Below the pieces are notes generated by a model. It did not search any database, was not told where the DNA came from, and was given only the letters and a program-made list of their open reading frames with translations. This document shows, piece by piece, positions 30,018-40,242 of a stretch of 64,000 nt of DNA. Location of the stretch: the IMG/VR virus record IMGVR_UViG_3300028048_000086, positions 32,001-96,000 of that record; one strand, written 5' to 3'. Positions within the stretch are counted from its first letter, which is position 1. The number at the start of each line of letters is the position of its first letter. This stretch comes from a virus (Duplodnaviria; Caudoviricetes). A program made the position numbers and the translations under genes.

Positions 30018-32954
30018 TCAGCTATTCGTCGTAATGGTGTCAACCATCTTGATCGAGTTGCTGACCTCGCGAATTTCATAGATCGGGATGATCTGATAGT
30101 CGATCTCGATACGGTTGAACTTCATGAGGCTCGGATCCGTATTCATCGTGAAGTCGTACTTCTCGATGAGCTTGTTGACGATCTTATCAAGTTCGGACTT
30201 GATCGCCGTATTAAGAGCATTACGGTTCGCCTGATGATTTTCCTTACCGATGAACGGCTCAGCAGCAGCACGAATGAGCTCTTCAACTGCACCGACGATA
30301 CGGCTCGTGGAAAGGCGACGGTAAATCGACTCTGCCGGAGCCATCGTGATACCATCCGTAACGACGATACCCTTCGTGAACGAGTTCTTGAAGGTGACTG
30401 CACCGTAAGACGTGAGGCGACCAAGCTGAGTATTCGTCAGCGTGTAGCTCGGCGTCGGAATAGAAATCGTCTGGCCCGTGGAGCTCTGATCAAGCGGAAG
30501 CGTTGAAACCATCGCGGCATAACCAGCGGCACCGTTGGAGATGTACTGATAGTTCGTGCTGCCAACCGTGATCGGATACTGACCGAAGACAAGAGAAACG
30601 TTCTTGCCAATCGGATACGGCATCGAGTTTGAATCCAGCATGTTGTGGCCGACGCTCGTCTTCGCGTAGAGATCAAAATCACGATCAACGATCGAAGAAA
30701 CCTTCTTCGCGACAGAAGCGAGGCCGAGATTCGAAAGCGTTTTAACACCGATCACACCATGCGTCGGAGCCGTTTTGATTTCCGTATACGTGCAGTGCTG
30801 TGCAAGCTGACGAACAAAGTTGTCGCTCGTACGATACGGAATATAACGAGAGTAATCATACGTGAGCTGACGATCTTCGAGAGAAACAACCTCTGCCGGA
30901 GTTCCCGGGGTCGTCGTGCTCGGACCGCCACCGACACCCGGAACCGTCGTGCCCGGAGTAGCGAATGCCTTCTTCGCGTTCTCAGCTTCCTCGACAAAAT
31001 CATCTTTTTCGAGAGAGCCGTCATCCGTAAGAGACGTGATGAACAGGCGGCTGAAAACTGTATCCGCATTAAGATCTTCTGCGATTTCATCAACCGTAGA
31101 CGTGTCAAAGATGTTCGAACGAACGATGACATGATTGAGAACTCCGCCGAGGTTCGTAGCTGCGACTGTAAGAATATCAGAAGTATCCGTAGCAGACAGC
31201 TTCGAGAACTCGCCCTGCGGAACCATCGAACCGCTTTCTTCTTTATATACGAAAACCATGCTCATGTCATCACCAAGAGCGTACTCCTTGCCAGCAGAAA
31301 GCGTATCGGCAATAAGAGCACCCGTTGCGTCAGCTTTCATGAGCTTAGCATCGCCTGTCGCGTCGATGACGATATATTTCGTTCCATCAGCAACCGTGCC
31401 GGAAACATCATCAATCGACTTATCGCCAACGCGCTTCAGCTTTCCGCCGACACTGATAAGCGTACCGTTATCGTAATCATCGACTTCAGGATCTGACGGG
31501 AGTTCAGCGATGATCTTGCGGATATCATCCGTATCGACCTTATCCATCTTATCAGCGATGGAGTCTGCATCCGTGATCTTCTCGAACTTGATATCAAACT
31601 TGCGAGCAGCCTTCAGATCAGACTGAGCAACGTTTGCTTTGACGCGGATATCGCCGCCAAGGACGATTGCATCATTCGCGGCTGCAACGCGGAACGAATT
31701 TGCTCTCGGAAGTTTGCCGTTGATGCTTTCATCCGCACTAGCGCAGGTAAGAACGCGATACTTTGCATTCGAGTCCTGAATGACCGAATAAATGCCATCC
31801 GTGATAGCAACAACATGATTCGAATCATCAGCTTCAGATTCCTTGATGCGCGGACGGAGCTCTTTGCCTTCGCTATCAACACGGCGAATCGCATGAGCCG
31901 TAATAGCGTAGCCCATGCCGAGACGCTGGTAAATATCGAACGGCGTCATGCTCGTTTCCTCGTAGTCAATGTCGTCCTTCGTGAAGACACGATCCGTGAG
32001 ATCTGCCGTCTCGAGGAAATCCCAATCGTCAACCATGAGAACTCCGGCTTCACGAAGATCCTTACGCAGATCCGACATCTTATTGTCATAAATCGGGTAG
32101 GGGAGCGTGATATCCGTATTCTTAACGAGCTTGCGATAATACTTGTCATCGAAAGACGTATACGGCTTCATATCATCGTTGGCGATATAGACGAACTTCG
32201 TCTTCGTCATGATGTTAGCCTTCGAGTTCGTGCTCGAACGGCCGATGAAGTAAGCGCCCGGATACATTGCGCCGATAGAAAGCTCGTAAGCTTCCGGCGT
32301 ATTCGTAACGTCATTGCCATCCTTATCAACAATCAAGAGCTTCAGGACATTGTTGAAAGCATGATTGTTGAAAGCATTGACAAGATCGACGAGGCGGTCA
32401 TTACGGGAGAGGCCGTTATCGAGAGCGAGCTTGATCGTATTCTTGATAACCGTCTTGTTGCCCGTAGCGACGCCGCGCTTTTTCTCGGCAATCGTTGCGC
32501 GTTCGATCGGCTTATAGAAAGAAATCTCTTCTAGGCCAGCGCGATCGTCATAGCGCATATAGCATTCCTTGCCGATGTTCGTAGGGAACATCGAGGAAAG
32601 ACGGAGCTTGTACTTAGAATCAACTTTTAGATTGAAATCCTTGTACATGTCGATGCCGCCGATACGGCAAGCATAAATCGTGCGGCAGCCGCGATCCCAT
32701 GCATCCTGGATGCCCGCGACCAGCGTGACTTCTTGGCGCTTCTTGCTGTCATACGGCTGACCGAACATATAGATAGCATGCTCGACGCTATAGACAGGAG
32801 TAAGCACGCCAACAGGGCCGTTGAACGCGGTTCCGATGATGATCTCAGAGTCGGTCGTGCCGAAGAGACTGGTGTCGTAACCGAAAGAGTAATCGGCTTC
32901 GACATGAGTAATTACACCCGGGAGTGTAATATCATCCTCGAAAATGTTACTCAT
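30018..32954 (-). CDS. Tail sheath protein (978 aa, with inserted domains)
   Basis: N-terminal LPGV...IIIGTAFNGP; C-terminal VVTDGITMA...YRRLSTSRIV...IRAAAEPFIG...IIPIYEIREV typical of sheath proteins. Confidence 0.88.
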   Translation of the reverse strand: MSNIFEDDITLPGVITHVEADYSFGYDTSLFGTTDSEIIIGTAFNGPVGVLTPVYSVEHAIYMFGQPYDSKKRQEVTLVAGIQDAWDRGCRTIYACRIGGIDMYKDFNLKVDSKYKLRLSSMFPTNIGKECYMRYDDRAGLEEISFYKPIERATIAEKKRGVATGNKTVIKNTIKLALDNGLSRNDRLVDLVNAFNNHAFNNVLKLLIVDKDGNDVTNTPEAYELSIGAMYPGAYFIGRSSTNSKANIMTKTKFVYIANDDMKPYTSFDDKYYRKLVKNTDITLPYPIYDNKMSDLRKDLREAGVLMVDDWDFLETADLTDRVFTKDDIDYEETSMTPFDIYQRLGMGYAITAHAIRRVDSEGKELRPRIKESEADDSNHVVAITDGIYSVIQDSNAKYRVLTCASADESINGKLPRANSFRVAAANDAIVLGGDIRVKANVAQSDLKAARKFDIKFEKITDADSIADKMDKVDTDDIRKIIAELPSDPEVDDYDNGTLISVGGKLKRVGDKSIDDVSGTVADGTKYIVIDATGDAKLMKADATGALIADTLSAGKEYALGDDMSMVFVYKEESGSMVPQGEFSKLSATDTSDILTVAATNLGGVLNHVIVRSNIFDTSTVDEIAEDLNADTVFSRLFITSLTDDGSLEKDDFVEEAENAKKAFATPGTTVPGVGGGPSTTTPGTPAEVVSLEDRQLTYDYSRYIPYRTSDNFVRQLAQHCTYTEIKTAPTHGVIGVKTLSNLGLASVAKKVSSIVDRDFDLYAKTSVGHNMLDSNSMPYPIGKNVSLVFGQYPITVGSTNYQYISNGAAGYAAMVSTLPLDQSSTGQTISIPTPSYTLTNTQLGRLTSYGAVTFKNSFTKGIVVTDGITMAPAESIYRRLSTSRIVGAVEELIRAAAEPFIGKENHQANRNALNTAIKSELDKIVNKLIEKYDFTMNTDPSLMKFNRIEIDYQIIPIYEIREVSNSIKMVDTITTNS

Positions 32955-32985
32955 GTAAATTTTTCCTCCTCTAAATTTTTCTTAT

Positions 32986-33693
32986 TTAGCGAATGGCCAT
33001 GTCTCCGATCTTAGCGTTGAATCTCGTAAACAGCTTTTCGATAGACAAGGCATATTGGAGACTCCGGATGGAGCATTTCTGTCGATACATGTCTAGGTTG
33101 CTGTCGGTAATCCTCCGAGAAAAACGGATTTCCTTTACCCCATTTCGCTTAAAATAAGCGGTATAGCTGAAAATGATGTCTTCAAACTTCTTCATTACCT
33201 CGGTTACGGATTCATAACCTTCGGCAAAGATATCAAACTGAACGATGCAGTCAAAAACTTGCCCCCACACTTCATGGGGACCAGTTAAGGCTTCAGATTC
33301 GTCTTCCACCGTCGCAGAAACGTCATCTTGACGGATGCGAGGTTTTAGCTCTTTTGAAGGGTGGCTATCAAGAAGTTTGAAGAATATATATGGATGATCG
33401 ATCTTCTCTACCTGATCAGCAGAATAGCGAATACCTTCATCTGGCTTGAATTCCACCTTCTGCTTTTTCATTACCTTAGAACAAATCTTTGACAACATCG
33501 AAATAAAATCATCAAAATCTGCACTACGTTCTGCAACAAAGCGCTCAGGAAGGTCTTTTTCAGGCAGGCTCGTTGCAATATTCTCTTTTAGCTGCCGCTT
33601 TTTCTCTAAGAATTCAGCCAAAACAGAATCCGTAGAAATTGACGTTGACATTATACTTTCGCCTCCACGCTGAGAGAGCAAAGATCCAAGCAA
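32986..33693 (-). CDS. Tail completion/terminator-like protein
   Basis: Directly upstream of the sheath; WGQVFDCIVQFDIFA pattern; start may be the ATG at 33651. Confidence 0.55.
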   Translation of the reverse strand: MLGSLLSQRGGESIMSTSISTDSVLAEFLEKKRQLKENIATSLPEKDLPERFVAERSADFDDFISMLSKICSKVMKKQKVEFKPDEGIRYSADQVEKIDHPYIFFKLLDSHPSKELKPRIRQDDVSATVEDESEALTGPHEVWGQVFDCIVQFDIFAEGYESVTEVMKKFEDIIFSYTAYFKRNGVKEIRFSRRITDSNLDMYRQKCSIRSLQYALSIEKLFTRFNAKIGDMAIR

Positions 33694-34664
33694 TTCGCCG
33701 GCTGAACTCTTAAGCGAGCTAGCATAACAACTGTGCCGGGAACATCTCGATAAGTTTCGATACTGTCTATCAGATATTGCTTGATGATTTTTCTCTCTTT
33801 GATCTTATCAAGATACTTTACAAGAGCTTGATTGAAGAGCATCTTCTGATAAGATGAATACATGCGCCCGCGAAATTGCTCGAACGACATACCTCTCTTG
33901 AGATATTTCATGATGCGGTCAATAAAAACGACTTTCTCGGGGCTCCATTCTCTCTCGCAATTCAATAGATTTTCAACGGTCGTTTCTCTTGTCGGTTCTG
34001 AACGATAATACGCCATATCAAAATCACAATCCCAGCGATCTATACGAAAAATAGATTTCCCATATAGTTTCGATACTGGATACTCGTTGATTTCAGAAAC
34101 GCAGAGCATCGCCGCCAAAGGAATATTTGCCATGAGGTGATCTTTTAGATTGTTCGCTACGAAGATCAGATTTCTCAAGTTCGCTCTTTCTGAGCAGCAT
34201 TCCTTGAACTTCGTAACGATCTTCCTCATATCTTTCAAAAAAGAATCTACGTCTTCATAGAGAGAAGCGTGCTTATCCGTTACGACAATCGTAGAGTCGC
34301 TGTCACGGCCAATGCTTCCCAAGATATAAGCAAAAAAATTATGTTCCTGACCGCCATCCCGGATATTCTGGAATGTATCAGATAAGAGAAGAGAAGCGAA
34401 GACGATATAACTGAAATCATTCTGCTGGATAACATCAAAGATTTCTAAATAATCTTGACTATCTTGAAGATTCATCAAGAAAATATACGGGGCCCCGAAA
34501 TCCTGAGCTTCTTTGAAAGCTCTTGTCAGATCTGAGTCACCATATTGTTTTAGAACTTCATCATAGTCCTCGGAATATACGATTTCTTTCCGGGCAAAAT
34601 TCGAGGCGGCGCGGCCGATAATCAGCATATTTCTGTTTTTATCAACATACAGTTCATCAGCCAT
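33651..34664 (-). CDS. Short sheath-related structural protein
   Basis: LIIGRA...VLKQYG.SDLTRAFKEAQDFGA resembles the sheath N-terminus; the C-terminus resembles the sheath end. Confidence 0.5.
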   Translation of the reverse strand: MADELYVDKNRNMLIIGRAASNFARKEIVYSEDYDEVLKQYGDSDLTRAFKEAQDFGAPYIFLMNLQDSQDYLEIFDVIQQNDFSYIVFASLLLSDTFQNIRDGGQEHNFFAYILGSIGRDSDSTIVVTDKHASLYEDVDSFLKDMRKIVTKFKECCSERANLRNLIFVANNLKDHLMANIPLAAMLCVSEINEYPVSKLYGKSIFRIDRWDCDFDMAYYRSEPTRETTVENLLNCEREWSPEKVVFIDRIMKYLKRGMSFEQFRGRMYSSYQKMLFNQALVKYLDKIKERKIIKQYLIDSIETYRDVPGTVVMLARLRVQPANCLDLCSLSVEAKV

Positions 34665-35121
34665 TATATCCCGCCTTCTCCAGAACTTTGATCATAAGCT
34701 TCTTCAACAAGTTCGTGTCATACTTATATGGAACAGTCTCAATGCGATAATATACCGATGACTGGCTGTCACTATGCTCGTAGTAGACATCTTTTACGAC
34801 ATCGAAGTCTTCTCCGTCGTTGATAATATCTCCGACTTTGATTCCTGTATCTGTATTCGTATAATAAACATTTACGATGTCGATTTCAGAAAAGCCCATG
34901 CCAGTACCGCGCATGGAAATACGATTATTCTGATGCGCGGCGTTTACTCGGTTCAGCGTGATGCGGTATCCCGTACCAAAGCAAATCGGACAGTTTTTAT
35001 CTGCTTGCTTCGATATTTCTTTCCGACATGGGCACTCGTAAGATAAGTCTCTTACGATGAACCAGACAGGATGAGAAAACAAGTCTACGACTTTCCTTAC
35101 GGCATTGTCTAAGTTCTTCAT
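34657..35121 (-). CDS. Neck/head-closure protein with Zn-finger
   Basis: CPC...CPICFGTGY motif; neck position. Confidence 0.6.
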   Translation of the reverse strand: MKNLDNAVRKVVDLFSHPVWFIVRDLSYECPCRKEISKQADKNCPICFGTGYRITLNRVNAAHQNNRISMRGTGMGFSEIDIVNVYYTNTDTGIKVGDIINDGEDFDVVKDVYYEHSDSQSSVYYRIETVPYKYDTNLLKKLMIKVLEKAGYNG

Positions 35122-35127
35122 ACGTTA

Positions 35128-35781
35128 TCAGCTCCACTGCGGCATGCCGCGACTGATATCCTGGAGGATCGTATCCACCGTCGTCCAAGCAACCTCGGAA
35201 TTCTGACTGCTCTTGAGGCCCATACGCGTAGCTTTTGGCTTGACGCGCCCTTCGTTGAAATAGCCGCGAATCGCATCTTGCCATTTCTGAAGAGCTTTTC
35301 CGAGTCGATTCAAGAGCTCCTTGAATGCCGTGCTATTGAGAGAATCCTGATAGGTAGCTGTATCCAACGTATACGTAGAACCGCCGCCACTATAAGCACG
35401 ATCCATGAACGCTCTCGTTAGACAATCATACGTAGCCTTCGTTCTCACGAATTCCTGTGTTGCGTAATCGTCAGCTTTCGCTGTACCTCCAGCGATATAA
35501 TCAGCTTCTCTTGAAGCCTGCCGTATATACATCAAGAGGTTCTCATCAGGAATTCCGAAAGTATCTACGACAAGTCTCAGAGATTCCAGCGTACAGTACA
35601 TCGGAGAATACGGCGTTTGATAAGATACCGTAACCGGCGGCATTTCCACGCCAGTAGAATCTTTTAGCCCAGATACTGTCACCGTATAAAGATAGTTGTC
35701 TTTGATCTCCTTCGGAGTAATTGTCAGTGTTTTGCTGTCTTCACTTAGCTCGAAAGTTGATTCAATTGTTTCTGTCATCAA
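35128..35781 (-). CDS. Head-tail connector-like protein with N-terminal Ig-like segment
   Basis: LTITP...YTVTVSGLKD (Ig-like), then PMYCT...YIRQASREAD; position after the capsid genes. Confidence 0.55.
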   Translation of the reverse strand: MMTETIESTFELSEDSKTLTITPKEIKDNYLYTVTVSGLKDSTGVEMPPVTVSYQTPYSPMYCTLESLRLVVDTFGIPDENLLMYIRQASREADYIAGGTAKADDYATQEFVRTKATYDCLTRAFMDRAYSGGGSTYTLDTATYQDSLNSTAFKELLNRLGKALQKWQDAIRGYFNEGRVKPKATRMGLKSSQNSEVAWTTVDTILQDISRGMPQWS

Positions 35782-36623
35782 ATCGCCTTCCTTTTTACGG
35801 TTACGACAGCATCGGTAATATCGATTGGCTGATCAAACTCTAACGTGAATACAGTAGGAGTTTCTTCTTCGTACTTAATATAGGATTCTCCCGTATATTG
35901 TGGGAGTGTCGATGGAGTCGGATCCGTTGCTTCAGGCTCTTCTGGCTTTGATACATGATCGATAATCGTAGGTTCCGGGTCTGGCTGCGGATTCGGGACT
36001 TTCTTATCCGCTTCCGGATCTTTATAAGTAAAAGTAGCTGTTCTTGACCATGAACCGTTATCTTCGCTGCTAATTGCACGAATACGAATATAGTACTGGC
36101 CATAATCTTTAAGAGCGGGAACTTTATACTGCGCAATTTCATTCGTACTCGGAACTGTTGCGTGATATACGATATTTCCGAATGCATTATCTCCGGCGAT
36201 TTCTAGCTCATACATGTGTTCCAGCTTTTCACCGGATTCATGCCAGCGGATAAAAATATCACCATCGACAACTTCGAAATCCTTCGGTGATACAATCTCG
36301 ACATCAGACACGACACTTCCGTTGAAAGTAACCGTAAGCCCTTTTACCGGCTCAAATGGCTCATCCGTAATCGTCTTGAGTTCATTCGTGATATTGAGAT
36401 AGTATTTTTCGTTTGGACGAATATCTGATTTTATCGTAACGATGATTTTCTTTTCGTCTACTTCATAAGATAACGGTACAATGCCTTGTGTCTTATGATG
36501 AAGAAGATAAATCGTATCACCATTTACGGTATCTTCATCGACATCGAGAGAGAAAGAAAGCTCGATAGACTTCTTTTTTAGATCTGAAACAGCTGATAAA
36601 AGCTGTGCTACATATTCAGCCAT
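35778..36623 (-). CDS. Structural protein with Ig-like and FN3-like domains
   Basis: IELSFS.DVD..TV...YYLNIT.ELK (Ig-like); YELEIA...YYIRIRAI...GSWS (FN3-like). Confidence 0.65.
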   Translation of the reverse strand: MAEYVAQLLSAVSDLKKKSIELSFSLDVDEDTVNGDTIYLLHHKTQGIVPLSYEVDEKKIIVTIKSDIRPNEKYYLNITNELKTITDEPFEPVKGLTVTFNGSVVSDVEIVSPKDFEVVDGDIFIRWHESGEKLEHMYELEIAGDNAFGNIVYHATVPSTNEIAQYKVPALKDYGQYYIRIRAISSEDNGSWSRTATFTYKDPEADKKVPNPQPDPEPTIIDHVSKPEEPEATDPTPSTLPQYTGESYIKYEEETPTVFTLEFDQPIDITDAVVTVKRKAI

Positions 36624-36639
36624 TCTAGATTATCCTCTC

Positions 36640-37200
36640 TTACTTGGAGTTTTTACGGGGGCGGCCGCGACGCTTTTTCCCCGGCTGAGCGTCAGCGTTG
36701 TCATCAGATTCTTCCGCGTCATCATTGGATTCTTCCTCAGATTCTTCCTCAGAAGACTCTTCAGACTTTGCCTCTTCTGCCGGAGCTTCTTCAGCTTTTT
36801 CTTCTTCGACAAAAGCCTCTTCTTTTTCAGGTTCTTCTGCCTTAATTTCTTCAGCCTTCGGTTCTTCCTTCAGTTCTTCCGGTTTTTCTTCAGCATTCTT
36901 GACTGGAATGCTGATAGCTTCTGCGTAGACAGGCTTCATTTCCTCAGCGGCATTGCTCATGACACGATATGTGCCATCGCCTTTCGGGACAAGTTTCAGA
37001 GGCGGAACGTCAGCACCGAGCGTACCTTCTTCCAGGCGAATAACACCAGCCTTCACGTTGCGACGAAGGGATGCACAGTTTGTGCCAGCATAAATCGTAG
37101 CCTTCGGACGACCGACCGTCAGATGAACACGAGAAAGAGGGTCATAAAAACCGGCACGACCCGGAGCGAGTCTAACAGTAGCAATAGCTTTTCTTTCCAT
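36640..37200 (-). CDS. Hypothetical head-associated protein with acidic tail and terminal RGRPRK
   Basis: ORF after the capsid gene, GAAGGAG RBS. Confidence 0.6.
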   Translation of the reverse strand: MERKAIATVRLAPGRAGFYDPLSRVHLTVGRPKATIYAGTNCASLRRNVKAGVIRLEEGTLGADVPPLKLVPKGDGTYRVMSNAAEEMKPVYAEAISIPVKNAEEKPEELKEEPKAEEIKAEEPEKEEAFVEEEKAEEAPAEEAKSEESSEEESEEESNDDAEESDDNADAQPGKKRRGRPRKNSK

Positions 37201-37235
37201 GATTTAAAGTCTCCTTCTTGAAGAGTATACACGAT

Positions 37236-37279
37236 AAAAATAGAGGCAGCCTCTATATAGAAGCCGCCTCTACTATTTT
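37236..37279 (-). terminator. Terminator after the major capsid gene
   Basis: TAGAGGC...GCCTCTA inverted repeat with U-tail on the - strand. Confidence 0.65.
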
Positions 37280-37282
37280 CTA

Positions 37283-38539
37283 TCAGGGTTTCTCGACTGC
37301 GGCGCTGAGGTTCGTATCCACCGTAACTTTCGGGGGAACCGGATACGTCGGAGCAACCGCGATATTGCGTGCGACCGTGATGCCGCGACCATTATCGAGA
37401 ATGCCGACGCCGTATCTCTCCTTGCACTTGAGGAGACGCAGGTCGCGTTCCGGATCCTGCCAATTATCCGTCGTAAGAGCTTCCTTCTCAGCGATAACGC
37501 CGACGTTCTCACGATTCAGGCAGTACATATCAAAACGCTTCTGCTGCTTGTCGAAACGGACGAACGGGGAGAAGTTCACAGTGAGCGGCATCGGGAGACG
37601 ACCCTGCACCTGCTCCGGGCGCATGATGAACTTCTGTGGGCCTTCCTCGGAAGAGAGACCAGCAAAGCCCGGCGTACCCTGCGTAGCACCCCACGGATGA
37701 ACCTGCGAGCCGCCGAAAGCGCCATACGTAAGACCGTTACCGATCATGCTATTACGAGCGAAGATAACCCACGTGAGCGGATGCATGATGATATCCGTCG
37801 GCGTCTGATCATTCGCCATGAGAGCAAGAACGAGATCGAGGAAATCTTCAACGCTGAGCGTATCATTGAAGTTGCCATGTTCATCGCGGCCTGTCGTGCC
37901 GGATTCAGGAAGCTGTGCGCGCGTAGCGTTATCGAAAACGATCGTGCCATGCTTCGAGAACGTGTTAAAGCACCATTCTTCTTTATAACGAGCCATTGCG
38001 CGGCCCATCTTACGAACGTTGATGCCGAAGATATCCCAAGAAGAGTCCGTGATCGCTTCTTCCGTGATCTTGACCTTCATGCCGATCTTCTTAACACGAA
38101 TCTCGAGCTGACCGTTCTCGACCGTGTTGAAGTCGACATAATCTTCGTTGTAACGTCCGCCTTCGGAAACTTCACTTGCATGGAGTTCGCCAACAACCGG
38201 AATGACGTAAGTGACGGAAGCACCGCCGTCGACATGGACGATATTCATGAAGCGCGTAGCCAGATACTCCGGCTCAGCAGCTTCGCGGAGCTCGCCTTCG
38301 ATGACCTTCGGGATCATCTGAATCACGTCCGTAGACGTGAGAGCTTCCTGAACCGTTGAGCGGCCCTTCGAATAGTCGCCTTCAATATTCAGGACCATCT
38401 TTTCCATTAGGTCGAACGTCTTCGAATCCACGTTCGGAGCCTGCTTGGAACGGCCCTCCTTGAAATCGAGCTCTGCCTTTTTGGCCTTCTGACGGAGGCT
38501 GTCGATACTTTGCAGAGTCTCTGCCAATCTAATAGACAT
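37283..38539 (-). CDS. Major capsid protein
   Basis: 418 aa, strongly biased codons; IPKVI...EAAEP, VKKIG.KV.ITEEAI.DS.WD, DIIMHPL.W, KERYG.G; follows protease and decoration genes. Confidence 0.88.
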   Translation of the reverse strand: MSIRLAETLQSIDSLRQKAKKAELDFKEGRSKQAPNVDSKTFDLMEKMVLNIEGDYSKGRSTVQEALTSTDVIQMIPKVIEGELREAAEPEYLATRFMNIVHVDGGASVTYVIPVVGELHASEVSEGGRYNEDYVDFNTVENGQLEIRVKKIGMKVKITEEAITDSSWDIFGINVRKMGRAMARYKEEWCFNTFSKHGTIVFDNATRAQLPESGTTGRDEHGNFNDTLSVEDFLDLVLALMANDQTPTDIIMHPLTWVIFARNSMIGNGLTYGAFGGSQVHPWGATQGTPGFAGLSSEEGPQKFIMRPEQVQGRLPMPLTVNFSPFVRFDKQQKRFDMYCLNRENVGVIAEKEALTTDNWQDPERDLRLLKCKERYGVGILDNGRGITVARNIAVAPTYPVPPKVTVDTNLSAAVEKP

Positions 38540-38575
38540 CTATGAGTGTCCTCCCTTATATCGATTTATACTCTC

Positions 38576-40225
38576 TTACTTGTTCAGCAGGATCTTGACC
38601 GAGCCGACGCAGCCGTCCCAATCCATGAACGTCGGAACGCCGCTCATGCCGCGCTTTGCGTAACTGAGAACGACTTCGACGCCATCCGTCTTATCTTTCA
38701 GGAGAGCATCAGCCTTTGCCTTATCAGCAACTTCGATCGTGATGATGCCCTGCTCCGGAGAAGCATACGTGACCTTGAAAGTGCCATCGTTGAGAAGGGC
38801 ACCCTGCACGCAGTTCGTCTTTGCCACACCATCGATTGAGATCTGGAGATCTTCGACGTTGACTTCGAGATTACGAAAGTACATCGGGACATAGTCCTTA
38901 CCGCCAGCATAATGAATCTTGCCAGCCTTGAAGTCCGGCTTCTGAACCTTGACAGCGTTATAACCATCCGTGAGGCCCGGGATGCCGAGATCGTTATACT
39001 GGAATTCCGGATTCATACGCGGATCATACGTATCGAGACGAGACGTCGATGCGAGCATATGGAGATCGTGGTTGAGGTAGTTCTTGTCATACGGATAGCC
39101 CGGATACTCGCCCGAGGAATTGAACGGGGAAGTATTGACGGCATCTTCACCGTGACGATTCGTCTTCGCATAGACTGCCGGATTGAATTCATCGCTCTTG
39201 AGACGATCTTCGAGAGCCCAAGTAGCCCACTTTGCAGCGCCTTCCGGAACGAGGTTGTGATTCACACTGTAAATCTGGCCGATTTCCTGCTGACGCTCAA
39301 GCTCATACTCAGCGAGGCTCATCGTAGCGACAATTTTCGGGAACGAGAGCGGGGAGAGCGTGATACGACCATTTTCATCGGACTTGACGCGAGCACCCGG
39401 GAAGAGAGCACCGTAAGCGCTACCCCAGAGGTTCTTCTCAGCCTTATCCTTAAAAGCGAACCAAGGCATCTCGACGAGAGCATCTGTGAGGAACGGGCCA
39501 GGCATGATGCCGTTGTAAGCATCCTCGTCACGCGTATACTCATTGCGCTCTAGCATGCCAATCGGATGGTTGCCTGCGCGAACTGCGTTCGTTTCAACGC
39601 CATCCTTGTCAACGATTTTGCCCGTCGTAGCGCTGATCGTGTAACCAGCATCAGCAAGCTGATCTGCCGGAGCCTTGAACGCAACCGTAGCACCGCCGGA
39701 AGCGCCCGCAGCTGCCTCGGCGAACGGACGATAGCACGTATCAGAATAAGCGCTAGCGAGACCAGCAAGCGGCGTCCACTCTTTGCCGACGTGATTTGCC
39801 TGCTGATCCTGAGCCTCTGCCGAAACAATCGCATCAGCTTTACCAGCGAAGTTCGGATACTTGTCGCCCGTCTGGCGGAGGCGAACCGGAACGCCGCCAT
39901 TTGCGAGCGTCACCGTGTTGAACTGTTTATCGCTTTCGAAATCGACGAGATCCATGTTCGGATCTGTCGCGACGATACGGCCTTTCGGAATAACGACTTG
40001 GTTGAAGCCGTGAGCGAAACCGTACTTGAAGAGCGTCGGAAGACGATAGTCGAACAGATACTTGATGTTCGGGACATCATGCTCCGACGTATTCAGAAAG
40101 TTGTTCGTGCGATTGACGCGATCAGCGTCATCGCGGTAGCCAGGGAGATTTGCCTGGAAAACTTCACCACGCGCACCCGGCTGCAGGCGCTCATTCGTAG
40201 TGTAATCATTAGGTTGCAAAGCCAT
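38576..40225 (-). CDS. Abundant head structural/decoration protein
   Basis: Between protease and MCP, same high-expression codon bias; VVIPKGRIVA motif. Confidence 0.6.
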   Translation of the reverse strand: MALQPNDYTTNERLQPGARGEVFQANLPGYRDDADRVNRTNNFLNTSEHDVPNIKYLFDYRLPTLFKYGFAHGFNQVVIPKGRIVATDPNMDLVDFESDKQFNTVTLANGGVPVRLRQTGDKYPNFAGKADAIVSAEAQDQQANHVGKEWTPLAGLASAYSDTCYRPFAEAAAGASGGATVAFKAPADQLADAGYTISATTGKIVDKDGVETNAVRAGNHPIGMLERNEYTRDEDAYNGIMPGPFLTDALVEMPWFAFKDKAEKNLWGSAYGALFPGARVKSDENGRITLSPLSFPKIVATMSLAEYELERQQEIGQIYSVNHNLVPEGAAKWATWALEDRLKSDEFNPAVYAKTNRHGEDAVNTSPFNSSGEYPGYPYDKNYLNHDLHMLASTSRLDTYDPRMNPEFQYNDLGIPGLTDGYNAVKVQKPDFKAGKIHYAGGKDYVPMYFRNLEVNVEDLQISIDGVAKTNCVQGALLNDGTFKVTYASPEQGIITIEVADKAKADALLKDKTDGVEVVLSYAKRGMSGVPTFMDWDGCVGSVKILLNK

Positions 40226-40242
40226 GAAATAATTTCCTCCTC

